Shown here one piece after another: positions 16,865-25,738 of a DNA stretch of 25,739 nt. Source of the stretch: Gemmatimonadota bacterium. GTDB taxonomy: Bacteria; Gemmatimonadota; Gemmatimonadetes; Longimicrobiales; Gaopeijiaceae. Each line of letters starts with the position of its first letter. Position 1 is the first letter of the stretch. The notes below the pieces were generated by a model. That model was not told where the DNA came from. It did no database searches and saw nothing but the letters and a program-made list of their open reading frames with translations. The stretch lies in the NCBI GenBank assembly GCA_039589315.1, contig JBDHHQ010000060.1:1-25739 (forward strand), given 5' to 3'. The position numbers and the translations under genes were made by a program.

Positions 16865-18933
16865 AGGCTACCTTCGGCTTCCCAGCGCTCGACGTTGGCG
16901 CGCTGCTCGGCCAGGTCGTCGGCGATGCGGCTCATGAGGGTCTGCCATCGGACTGTCTCCCGGACGGAATCGAAGACCGGATCGACGTCGAGTCCCAGGA
17001 CGTAGCGGAAGCCCTGGTCATAGGCTCGCTCCGCCCAATCGAGGGCCGCATCCGTGCTCCCGAGAGCAGCGTGCACGCCGGCCACGTCGAACGAGTAGGT
17101 GTTCAGGTCCGAGCCCTCCTCGACGCGCTTCGTCAGGTCATCCCGCAGACCCTCCAGGAGCCGTCGACCCTCGTCCACTTCGCCGGTCTGGAGCAAGGCG
17201 CTTCCCAGGAACAGGTGGACGTGATGGTAGCCCCACAACTCGTCCCCAGGGCTCGAGCTGAGCGCCGCTCGCGCGTGGCGGATCACAGTCTCCCAATCCC
17301 CCAGGAAGAAGGCGTCCGTCGCCACGGCGATGTGGCGGTTCGCCGATTCCGGATCTTCCTCCAAGCGGGTCAGGGACTGCTGAAGAGACCCGGCGTAGTC
17401 CCCTCGACCCCATCGCACCTGCCGCAGAGCGAATGCGGCGCCGCCGTTGTCGGGTTGAAGCTGCAGGACTTCCAACGCCCTCTCTTCGGCCCGGTCGAAG
17501 TCACCCAGCGCGTTCAGGGTGCTCGATACGTTGGTGCTTGCCGGCCCCACGGTGGGGTCGATGCGCGCGGCGCGGAGGAAATACCGCAGCGACTCGTCGT
17601 GACGCCCGATGTCGCGGTAGTCGACCCCGGCGTTGTTCAGCGCCGAAGAGTGGTTCGGATCCAACTCGATGGCCCGGAGATTCGACTCCAAGGAAAGCTG
17701 GATACGCCCCTGCTGGCTGTAGGCGAGAGCGAGCGCTTTGTGACCTGCGGCCAGCTCCGGATCCAGCTCGAGCGACTTGCGTGCCATCGACTCGGACGAG
17801 TCGGCCCATTCGATCCCGAAGCCGAAGCGCTGCGCACGCTGCCCATAAGCGTCGGCCAGCCCCGCCCAGGCATCCGCATACTCCCCGTCACGGGAGAGGG
17901 CCTCCCCGAAGAGCCGGATGGCCTCTTCGTTGCCCTCCTTCGTCAAGTCGGAATACACGTTCCGGCCCTGCAGGTAGAAGTCGTAGGCCGCCAGATCCTC
18001 GGTGGGGGTGCGGGCGATCTGACGCTCGGCCGAAGGGGTCAGCGTGGCCTGGAGCGCGTCGGCGATCTTCTGTGCGATCTCGGATTGCAGAGAGAAGAGG
18101 CTGGCCGCCGAGAGCCTCCGGTCGAAGTTGTCGGCCCAGAGGTGCTCGTCGGTGCGGGCGTCGATGAGCTGCGCGGTGATACGTACTTCGTCACCGGCCC
18201 GTCGCACGCTTCCCTCGACGATCGCGCCGACACCCAGCTCGCTGCCGATCTCGGCAATGGGCTTTCCCGTGTCACGGTAAGCCAGCACCGAAGTGCGGGA
18301 GATCACGGTCAGATCGGCGATCTTGGACAGCTGGGTCAGCACGTCCTCGTGGATCCCGTCGGCGAAGTAGGCGTTGTCCGGATCCGGGCTCAGGTTGTCG
18401 AACGGCAGCACCGCGACGGAGCGGAGCCGATCCTCGGCCTCCCCACCGGTTTCGACCGGCGCAGCTCCAGGGCGTGAGCCAGAGAGCAACACCGCCGTGG
18501 CGACCAATCCCCAGAGCGCGAACGCCAGGACCCCGCCGCCCATGGCGTGTCGCCAGGTAAGGAGGCGCTGGAGGGTGGGTGGGTCGGCGGTGTGGGCGAG
18601 CCCCTGTCCCGCGGCTACCCTCTGGGCTCCTGGGTCCCTCGGGAACTCCTGCGCATCAGCGGCGCCCGGATCCGTCGGCACCCGGCCATGCGTGGGGGTG
18701 GGCGGCGTGCCCGGCCGCACGCCCTCCTGCACGAAGGCGGTGGCGACCACTACGGGCAGCCCGATCACCAGGAGGGCCAGAGCGAAGGGGGGGAGCCACT
18801 CGGGCAGCCCGAAGCTGTCCACGAGCAAATCCACCACCTGAAGCGCGATCCAGGACCCCACGATGTAGATGCCCAGTACCTGCCACAGGGAACGGCGGTG
18901 GATCTCTTGGATCAGACTCCGAAGACCGCTCAT
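16861..18933 (-). CDS. Array paralog R4: 3-TM anchor + TolB-like domain + TPR repeats
   Basis: Same core motifs. Start at ATG 18933 (MSGLRSLIQEIHRRSLWQ), ATGA overlap with the R3 stop. Confidence 0.9.
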   Translation of the reverse strand: MSGLRSLIQEIHRRSLWQVLGIYIVGSWIALQVVDLLVDSFGLPEWLPPFALALLVIGLPVVVATAFVQEGVRPGTPPTPTHGRVPTDPGAADAQEFPRDPGAQRVAAGQGLAHTADPPTLQRLLTWRHAMGGGVLAFALWGLVATAVLLSGSRPGAAPVETGGEAEDRLRSVAVLPFDNLSPDPDNAYFADGIHEDVLTQLSKIADLTVISRTSVLAYRDTGKPIAEIGSELGVGAIVEGSVRRAGDEVRITAQLIDARTDEHLWADNFDRRLSAASLFSLQSEIAQKIADALQATLTPSAERQIARTPTEDLAAYDFYLQGRNVYSDLTKEGNEEAIRLFGEALSRDGEYADAWAGLADAYGQRAQRFGFGIEWADSSESMARKSLELDPELAAGHKALALAYSQQGRIQLSLESNLRAIELDPNHSSALNNAGVDYRDIGRHDESLRYFLRAARIDPTVGPASTNVSSTLNALGDFDRAEERALEVLQLQPDNGGAAFALRQVRWGRGDYAGSLQQSLTRLEEDPESANRHIAVATDAFFLGDWETVIRHARAALSSSPGDELWGYHHVHLFLGSALLQTGEVDEGRRLLEGLRDDLTKRVEEGSDLNTYSFDVAGVHAALGSTDAALDWAERAYDQGFRYVLGLDVDPVFDSVRETVRWQTLMSRIADDLAEQRANVERWEAEGSL

Positions 18934-21107
18934 GGCGTTCCGCTCTCCGCTTCTTCCCGCTGCACGCTGGCGCGCATCACGGCCACGTCCTCCGCCATGC
19001 GAGTCGTGAGCGCTCGCCAGCGGGGATGCTCCCGCACCGAGTCGAACGCCGGATCGACATCGAGGCCGATGGTGAAGCGGTAGCCTTGATCGTAGGCCGC
19101 CTCCATCCAATCGAGAGCGGCGTCCGTGTCGCCCAGGGTCGCGTCGATGGCCGCGAGCTCGAACTGGTTGGAGTTCTGCTCCGGCATGACTTCGGTGCGG
19201 CGCAGGAGACGGTCGCGGAAGTCCTCCAGCACCTTTCGCCCCTGAGCCTCCTGACCGGTTCGCATCAGGGACACGCCGAGGAGAACCTGGGGGTAGTGGC
19301 TCTGGGCATACTCGGTGTCCGGCGAAAGGCGCAAGGCCTCCTGCGTGGCCTGTATCGTGGTCTCGAAGTCGCTCAGCAGGAATGCGTCGCTCGCGACCCA
19401 GAGCTGCGTCCGGGAGACGCCAGGGTCTGCCGCCATGACTGCTTTGGAGCGCTCCAGCGCGCCAGCGTAGTCGCCCCGCAGTTGGTCCACCGAGCGCAAG
19501 ACGTTGATGGCCGATTCGTTGGACGGCTGGAGCCGCAGGATCTCCTGCGCCCGGGCCTCGGCCTGGTTGGCCATTCCCAGGAACGCGTAGTCGAAGGCGA
19601 TGTTCGAGCTGGCGAACCCGGTCGTCGGTTCCAGTCGGTAGGCCCGCTTTTGGTACCGGAGCGCCTCGTCGAACCGCCCCAGGAAGAGCTGATCCACCCC
19701 GATGTTGTTCAGCGGGGCACTGTAGTTCGGGTCCAGCTCAACGGCCTTGAGGTTGTTCTCGAGGCTGGCCCGGATCTGGCCCCGGCTGTTGAGGGCTAGT
19801 GCCAGGGCCTTGTACCCCTGCGGAAGGTCCGGGTTGATCTGAAGGGCCCGGCGTGCGACGGCCTCTGCCGAGTCGGCCCATTCGCGGCCGTATCCGAAGC
19901 GGACCACCCGCTGCGCGTACGCATCCGCGAGTCCCGCCCAGGCGTCCGCGTAGTCCGGATCCCTGGACAGCGCTTCGAGGAACAGCCGGACGGCCTCGTC
20001 GTTGCCGGCATCACTGTAGAGTTGGTAGGTGTTCCGGGCCTGCAGGTAAAAGTCGTACGCGGCAAGATCCGACGTGGGGCTCCGCGTGATCTGCTCTTCT
20101 TCGGCTGGGCTCAGGGTCGCCGCCAGCGCTTCGGCGATGCGCTGGGCGATCTCGGACTGGATCGCGAAGATGTTGGCCGCCGTGAGCTGCCGGTCGAAGT
20201 TGTCGGCCCACAGATGCTCGTCCGTGCGTGCGTCGATCAGCTGGGCGGTGATGCGGACGTTGTCCCCGGCGCGCCGGACGCTTCCCTCCAGGATCGACCC
20301 GACGCCGAGCTCGGCGGCGATGTCACCCAGGCCGAGCGCGGTGTCCCGGTAGGGCAGGACCGACGTACGGGAGATCACGGTCAGATCGCCCAGCTTGGAC
20401 AGTTGGGTCAGGACGTCCTCATGGATGCCGTCGGCGAAGTAGGCGTTCTCTTCTTCGGCGCTCAGGTTGTCGAAGGGTAGCACCGCGATGGCGCGGAGCA
20501 GCTCGCCGGAATCGGAAGGCGTGCTCGAGGATTCTCTTGGACCGGCCCGACCGGAGAGGAGCAGCGCCGTCGCCACCACGCCCCAGAGAGCGAAGGCCAA
20601 CACGCCACCGGCGATGGCGTTCCGCCACGTGAACAGTCGTTGGGCGGCAGATGACCCGGTTACGAGCGGGGCGTAGCCGTCCGTTCCGGCGGGAGCCGCG
20701 GTCGGTGTCGGGGCAGCGAACTCTCCTGCCGCCGGTTCCGGGCCGTCTGCCGCAGTGATCGGGTGACCTCTCGTGGTCGCGGTGGCGTGCGATTCCGCCG
20801 CGGCCACGTCCGCGTCCGACGTTTCGTCGGAAACGTGGCGGGGTGGAACGGCGGCGGTCCCCGCTTCCTCGCTTCCCCCGCGCCAGCCCTGCTGGACGAT
20901 GGCCGTGGCGAGCACCATCGGGAAGCCGATGATCAGCAGCACCAGCGCCATCCCAGGTAGCCAATCCGGCAGGTTGCCCGCTTCGACGATGCCCTGAACC
21001 ACCTCCAAGGCGAACCAGGCGCCCACGGCGTACACCGTGACCACCTGCCACACCGAGCGACGGTGGATCTTCTGCAGGAGTCCGGCGCGGTCGTTCGCCT
21101 CCCTCAT
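18930..21107 (-). CDS. Array paralog R3: 3-TM anchor + TolB-like domain + TPR repeats
   Basis: Same core motifs. ATG 21107 (MREANDRAGLLQKIHRRSVWQ) is preceded by a strong GAGGAGG Shine-Dalgarno. Confidence 0.9.
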   Translation of the reverse strand: MREANDRAGLLQKIHRRSVWQVVTVYAVGAWFALEVVQGIVEAGNLPDWLPGMALVLLIIGFPMVLATAIVQQGWRGGSEEAGTAAVPPRHVSDETSDADVAAAESHATATTRGHPITAADGPEPAAGEFAAPTPTAAPAGTDGYAPLVTGSSAAQRLFTWRNAIAGGVLAFALWGVVATALLLSGRAGPRESSSTPSDSGELLRAIAVLPFDNLSAEEENAYFADGIHEDVLTQLSKLGDLTVISRTSVLPYRDTALGLGDIAAELGVGSILEGSVRRAGDNVRITAQLIDARTDEHLWADNFDRQLTAANIFAIQSEIAQRIAEALAATLSPAEEEQITRSPTSDLAAYDFYLQARNTYQLYSDAGNDEAVRLFLEALSRDPDYADAWAGLADAYAQRVVRFGYGREWADSAEAVARRALQINPDLPQGYKALALALNSRGQIRASLENNLKAVELDPNYSAPLNNIGVDQLFLGRFDEALRYQKRAYRLEPTTGFASSNIAFDYAFLGMANQAEARAQEILRLQPSNESAINVLRSVDQLRGDYAGALERSKAVMAADPGVSRTQLWVASDAFLLSDFETTIQATQEALRLSPDTEYAQSHYPQVLLGVSLMRTGQEAQGRKVLEDFRDRLLRRTEVMPEQNSNQFELAAIDATLGDTDAALDWMEAAYDQGYRFTIGLDVDPAFDSVREHPRWRALTTRMAEDVAVMRASVQREEAESGTP

Positions 21108-21178
21108 GGGCCCTCCTCGCTGGAGGGAGGGGCCGGAGTCCACGTCGCGGACCGGGTCGCCATGGTGAACATGCTCAT
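21104..21178 (-). CDS. Candidate 24-aa mini-ORF bridging R2 and R3 (MSMFTMATRSATWTPAPPSSEEGP)
   Basis: ATG overlaps the R2 stop (ATGA 21178-21175) after GGGGGAG. Its TGA overlaps the R3 start (ATGA 21107-21104). Three in-frame ATGs in the first six codons. Confidence 0.4.
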   Translation of the reverse strand: MSMFTMATRSATWTPAPPSSEEGP

Positions 21179-23205
21179 CGCTCCCCCGCCCGGGTCTCTT
21201 CGCGCTCGATCTCTGACCGCATGCGTTCGACGTCAGCGCTCACCTCGGCCAGGATACCCTGGAAGCGCGGGTCGTCACGCAGCGGATCCCAGACCGGATC
21301 GCGCTCGATCAAGTGCACCCCGCGGAAGCCCGCGTCTGAAGCCCGGCCCAGCCAGTCCAGGGCCTCGTCCAGCCGTTCCAGGGCGGCGTAGATGCTGGCC
21401 GTCGAGTAGCTCCAGAACACGAAATCCGGAGTGTCTCGAGCGCGCGCCACCGTCCTCTCCAGATCGCGCTGGAGGGACGGACCTGCTGCTTCCGGCTGTC
21501 CCAGACGGCGAAGGCTCCGGCCTACTACCAGGTCGAGGTGCATGAAGTACAGCACCCCTTGGTCCGGCGAAAGCTCGAGGCCGCGCCGAGCTAGCTCCAG
21601 GGCGCGCTCGTCCCGGCCGGTGAAGGATAGGAAGTTGGCGGCGCTTGCGATTCGAACCGGATCGTCGGGGGCGACTTCGACCAGCCGCTCCGCCAGGCCT
21701 GCAGCCTCGTGATCGTTCCCCGTGAACCAATGAAGCTGGGCAAGGGTTTGGAGGGTGGCGTCCGCATCGGGCTCCAGCGCGAGCGCGTCGTCCAGGATCC
21801 GTCGGGCAATCTCGTACTCACGAAGCTGCATGTACGCGCTGGCGAGATTCGTTCGTGAAAAGGCCTGGTTGGGCTGGAGGGCGAATGAACGCTTGGTCCA
21901 CCGCAAGTTCTCGGCGAGGCGCCCCATGCGCTGATAGGTGGCCCCGACGTTGTTGATCGCGTCGGCGTTGTTGGGCGCGAGCTCGACGGCTCTCAGGTTG
22001 GCCTCCAGACTCCCATTCAGGTCTCCCTCCGCGACATGTGCCAGGGCCAGGGCTTTGTGGGCGCTGGCCAACTCCGGATCGAGCTCGATGGCGTGCCGCG
22101 CGGCGGCCTCGGCTGAATCCGCCCACTCGATTCCGTACCCGTACCGCAGCACCCGCTGACCATATGCGTCGGCCAAACCGGCCCACGGCTCCGCGTAGGA
22201 CGGGTCGCGGTCGACGGAGGTCCGGAAGAGGCGAATGGCCTCGGTGTTGGCCTCCTCGGTATAGAGCCGGTACCGCTCACGACCGCGCAGCGTCGCGTCG
22301 TACGCCATCAAGTCCTCGGTGGGCTGACGCTCGATCCGCGTGGTCACCTCGGGAGAGAGGGTGGTGGTCAGAGCCTTGGCGATCCGTTGCGCGATCTCCG
22401 TCTGGATCGAGAAGATGTTGGCAGCCGTGAGCGCCCGGTCGAAGTTGTCGGCCCACAGGTGCTCGTCAGTGCTGGCGTCGATCAGCTGCGCCGTGATGCG
22501 AACATTGTCGCCCGCTCGTCGGACGCTGCCCTCGACGATGGCGCCGGCGCCGAGCTCTCGGCCGATGTCGGACAGGTTCTTCGTGGTCTCGCGGTAGCCC
22601 ATGACCGAGGTCCGGGAGATGATCGTCAGGTCTTCGATCTTCGAGAGCTGAGTCAGGACGTCCTCGTGAATGCCGTCGGCGAAGAAGGCGTTCTCCTGGT
22701 CCGCGCTGAGGTTGTCGAAGGGCAGGACGGCCACCGTACGCAGGGCAGCCTGGCCGCCGTCCGCGCCGCTGACGGTCCGAGCGGCGTCGCGTCCCCCGAC
22801 CACGAGCCACACGGCTGCAACCACGCCCCAAAGGGCGAAGGCGAGCACACCACCGAGGATTGCGTTGCGCCACGTGAACAGGCGGTGGGCGGAGGAGGGC
22901 AGGACGGGCTCCACAGACTGCGGCGCGTCGAGGGCCGAGCTTGGCTTCACCTCCGAGGGGGTGGCGACCGGCGGCACCACCGGGCTCGCTTGGATGATCG
23001 CCGTGGCAAGGACGATGGGTAGCCCGATCACCAGCAGAGCTACGGCAAATGCCGGGAACCAGTCCGGCAGGCCGAAGTTCTGCGCCAGGAAGTCCACCAC
23101 CTGTAGCGCGACCCACGAAGCCACGAGGTAGACGCCCAGCGTCTGCCACAACCGGTGGCTTCGCGCGACGGCGACGAGGCGGGGGAGCTCGTTCTGCTCG
23201 CTCAT
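21175..23205 (-). CDS. Array paralog R2: 3-TM anchor + TolB-like domain + TPR repeats
   Basis: Same core motifs, C-terminal DPVWDPLRDDPRFQ. ATGA overlap with R1 at 23202-23205. Confidence 0.9.
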   Translation of the reverse strand: MSEQNELPRLVAVARSHRLWQTLGVYLVASWVALQVVDFLAQNFGLPDWFPAFAVALLVIGLPIVLATAIIQASPVVPPVATPSEVKPSSALDAPQSVEPVLPSSAHRLFTWRNAILGGVLAFALWGVVAAVWLVVGGRDAARTVSGADGGQAALRTVAVLPFDNLSADQENAFFADGIHEDVLTQLSKIEDLTIISRTSVMGYRETTKNLSDIGRELGAGAIVEGSVRRAGDNVRITAQLIDASTDEHLWADNFDRALTAANIFSIQTEIAQRIAKALTTTLSPEVTTRIERQPTEDLMAYDATLRGRERYRLYTEEANTEAIRLFRTSVDRDPSYAEPWAGLADAYGQRVLRYGYGIEWADSAEAAARHAIELDPELASAHKALALAHVAEGDLNGSLEANLRAVELAPNNADAINNVGATYQRMGRLAENLRWTKRSFALQPNQAFSRTNLASAYMQLREYEIARRILDDALALEPDADATLQTLAQLHWFTGNDHEAAGLAERLVEVAPDDPVRIASAANFLSFTGRDERALELARRGLELSPDQGVLYFMHLDLVVGRSLRRLGQPEAAGPSLQRDLERTVARARDTPDFVFWSYSTASIYAALERLDEALDWLGRASDAGFRGVHLIERDPVWDPLRDDPRFQGILAEVSADVERMRSEIEREETRAGER

Positions 23206-25310
23206 CGCCGACCCGCCCGGGTCTCTTCGCGCTCGATCGTAAGACGCTGGCGCTCTACGTCTTCCCGCATCGTGCCGAGGATCTCCTGGAAGCGGGGATC
23301 GTCCCGCGCCGCGTCGAAGACCGGATCGTGCTCGACGTAGAACGGGTATCGCCAGCCGGCCTCGTAGGCGGCCTCGAGCCAGTCCAGGGCCGGGCTCAGC
23401 TCACCTCGGGCCGCGTGAACCGACGCGATCTCGAACGGGACGACCGCCGCTTCGGGGCGTCTCTCCCAGTCCGCCATCCGACGCGCCAGGACGTCGTCCA
23501 ACAGCTCGTTCCCTGCCTCCGTGGCGCCTTCCCTGAGGAGCGCGTATCCACCGGTCAGACCGGCCAGTCGCCACCCAACCACGTCCTGATCCGGCGACAG
23601 CTCGAGACTGCGCTGGGCCAACTCGGCCGCGACGTCGAAGCGGCGCGCGAAGAGGTTAGCCTCCGCTGCCCACGCCAGGAAGAAGATGCTGTTCGGGTCC
23701 TGTTCCAGGACATCGTCCGCAACATCGGCGCCAGCGTCCGCGTGCCCCTCGAAGATGTGAAGGAATCCCAGGTACAGTCGTGTGTCCGGGTCCGTCGGAT
23801 CGAAGCGTAAGGCCTCGTCGAGACGAGCGTGTGCGATATCGAAATCGCCGAGCAATGCGTACCCAAAGGCCGCGTTGGCCCGCGCGAAGGCCAGGTTGGG
23901 CTGAAGGCGATACGATCGGCTCATGAGACGGAACGCGTCGTCATGGCGACCGAGACGCTGGTACGATACTCCCGCGTTGTTGACGGGATCGGAGTAGTTG
24001 GGGTCCAACTCCATGGCTCGGAGGTTCGATTCGATGGACGCCACGTCGTCTCCGCGAGCCCCCTGGGCGAGCCCGAGGGCCTTGTATGCGGTGGCCAGGT
24101 CCGGATCCAGCTCCAGTGCACGTCGTGCGGCGGCTTCGGACGAGTCAGCCCACTCCAGCCCATACCCGTACCGGATCACGCGCTGCCCGTAGGCATCCGA
24201 CAGGCCGGCCCAGGGCTCGGCGAATGAGGCGTCCCCGTCGATGGCGAGCCGAAAGAGCCGGATGGCCTCGTTGTTGGCTCCATCGGTGTACAGCCGATAC
24301 GCCTCCCGGCCCCGGAGGGAGGCCAGGTAGGCATCCAGGTCCTCAGTGGGCCGGCGCACCAGCCGGTCTTCTTCTTCCGGCGACAGCGTCGCGGCCAGCG
24401 CGTCCGCGATCCGCTGTGCGATCTCCGTCTGGATGGCAAAGACATTCGCGGCGGTGAGGGCTCGATCGAAGTTGTCCGCCCAGAGGTGACGGTCCGTCTC
24501 CGCGTCGATGAGCTGTGCGGTGATACGCACGTTGTCGCCGCTCCGGCGCACGCTGCCCTCGAGGATCGTCCCCACGTCCAGCTGGCGCGCGATCTCGGCC
24601 AGGGGCGTCGCGGCATCCCGGTACGCCAGCACCGATGTGCGCGAGATCACTGTCAGATCGCCGATCCGGGACAGCTGCGTCAGGACGTCCTCGTGGATGC
24701 CGTCCGCAAAGAACGCGTTCTCGGCGTCCGTGCTCAGGTTGTCGAAGGGGAGCACGGCGATGGACTTCAGCCTCTCGCTTCCGCTGGTCACGGCAGTTCC
24801 ACCGACCAGGGGCTCGTCGGCGGGACGCAATTCCCGGTCGACCCACACCTTCACGCCCATCCAAGCGGCGGCGAGGACGCCCCAGAGTGCGAAGGCCAGA
24901 ACGCCACCGCCGATGGCGTTCCGCCACGTCAACAGTCGGAGGAGCCGGGGCGGACGAGTGCTGGGCCGGTCCAGTGAGCCGGTACCGCGGGCCAGGTCGG
25001 AGGAGGCGGGCACTTGGGGGATGGTCTCGGACGGTCTTGGTTTCTCCCGGACGCCGGTGCCGACAGGGGCCGGTGCCGCGCCGCCCCCACCGCCCACCCC
25101 CTCCTGCACGAAGGCGGTCGCCACCACGATCGGGAAGCCCACGATCAGGAGCATCACGGCGAACGCCGGAAACCACTCCGGGAGCCCGAGAGAGTCCACC
25201 AGCGTCTCGACCACCTGTAGGGCTATCCAGCCGCCCAATAGATAGATGCCGATGACCTGCCACACGGACCTACGGTGAATCTCGTGTATGAGGCGCTTCA
25301 GGTGGGACAA
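23202..25310 (-). CDS. Array paralog R1: 3-TM anchor + TolB-like domain + TPR repeats
   Basis: Same core motifs. Probable TTG start at 25310 (MSHLKRLIHEIHRRSVWQ, aligning with the R4/R5 starts); exact start uncertain (ORF track 25394). Confidence 0.88.
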   Translation of the reverse strand: MSHLKRLIHEIHRRSVWQVIGIYLLGGWIALQVVETLVDSLGLPEWFPAFAVMLLIVGFPIVVATAFVQEGVGGGGGAAPAPVGTGVREKPRPSETIPQVPASSDLARGTGSLDRPSTRPPRLLRLLTWRNAIGGGVLAFALWGVLAAAWMGVKVWVDRELRPADEPLVGGTAVTSGSERLKSIAVLPFDNLSTDAENAFFADGIHEDVLTQLSRIGDLTVISRTSVLAYRDAATPLAEIARQLDVGTILEGSVRRSGDNVRITAQLIDAETDRHLWADNFDRALTAANVFAIQTEIAQRIADALAATLSPEEEDRLVRRPTEDLDAYLASLRGREAYRLYTDGANNEAIRLFRLAIDGDASFAEPWAGLSDAYGQRVIRYGYGLEWADSSEAAARRALELDPDLATAYKALGLAQGARGDDVASIESNLRAMELDPNYSDPVNNAGVSYQRLGRHDDAFRLMSRSYRLQPNLAFARANAAFGYALLGDFDIAHARLDEALRFDPTDPDTRLYLGFLHIFEGHADAGADVADDVLEQDPNSIFFLAWAAEANLFARRFDVAAELAQRSLELSPDQDVVGWRLAGLTGGYALLREGATEAGNELLDDVLARRMADWERRPEAAVVPFEIASVHAARGELSPALDWLEAAYEAGWRYPFYVEHDPVFDAARDDPRFQEILGTMREDVERQRLTIEREETRAGRR

Positions 25311-25360
25311 TCGGCTACTCGGTGGGTCGGGGGCTCGAGCCGCGTCGCATATGTCCCTTG

Positions 25361-25390
25361 ATAATGCGCCGGAATCGGTCGAAACGGCAA
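25361..25390 (-). promoter_or_regulatory. Candidate sigma70-type promoter for the array
   Basis: TTGCCG-18 bp-CATTAT (4/6 and 4/6 to consensus) in a locally AT-richer patch about 50 bp upstream of the proposed R1 start. Confidence 0.3.
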
Positions 25391-25573
25391 GCAAGACCCA
25401 CGGCGGCTGACCTGGTGGTGGGACCCCGGGGCCACTGTGTCTTGGGGCGGAGGCGCGTGGGCCGTCCGGCTACTCGGATCTCAAGGCTGCCATGGGATCG
25501 GCTCGGACGGCGCTCCTGTCGACTGTCAAGGGGAAGGAGCCGGCTGGAGTCGGACCCGGGCAGAGGGACCGCG

Positions 25574-25738
25574 TCAGCTGGACCCGGGCACGAGGTTTCC
25601 CGCGATCCAAACGGACTCCAGTGAACGGGTGTTGGCGACATCTGCCGTAGGATCTGCCCCGAGGACCAGGAGGTCTGCCCACTTGCCCGCCTCCAACGTC
25701 CCCACGTCGTCCAGCCCCATGCAAGCCGCGGCATCCCG
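25574..25738 (-). CDS. Amidohydrolase family protein, C-terminal tail (5' part outside window; missing from the ORF track)
   Basis: Manual translation RDAAACMGLDDVGTLEAGKWADLLVLGADPTADVANTRSLESVWIAGNLVPGSS* contains the classic GxLxxGKxADLxVLxxDP...VWxxG end of metal-dependent amidohydrolases. Confidence 0.85.
   Translation of the reverse strand, partial: RDAAACMGLDDVGTLEAGKWADLLVLGADPTADVANTRSLESVWIAGNLVPGSS

Noticed and set aside
10175..25310. Diversity-generating retroelement, CRISPR, integron or shufflon as explanation for the array
   Set aside because: No reverse transcriptase, recombinase, template repeat, attC-like palindromes or regularly spaced repeats are visible in the window; the repeats are coding paralogy.
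25524..25529. Perfect TTGACA on the - strand upstream of the array
   Set aside because: No -10-like hexamer at 16-18 bp spacing (the sequence there is CCGAGC).
75..25734. Many long antisense or shifted ORFs (e.g. 75-1049 -, 1113-2714 -, 6508-8283 +, 13781-15475 +, 17071-18477 +)
   Set aside because: They shadow well-supported genes, have no recognisable motifs, and are expected in GC-rich DNA with few stops. Their mutual similarity in the array only mirrors the paralogy.
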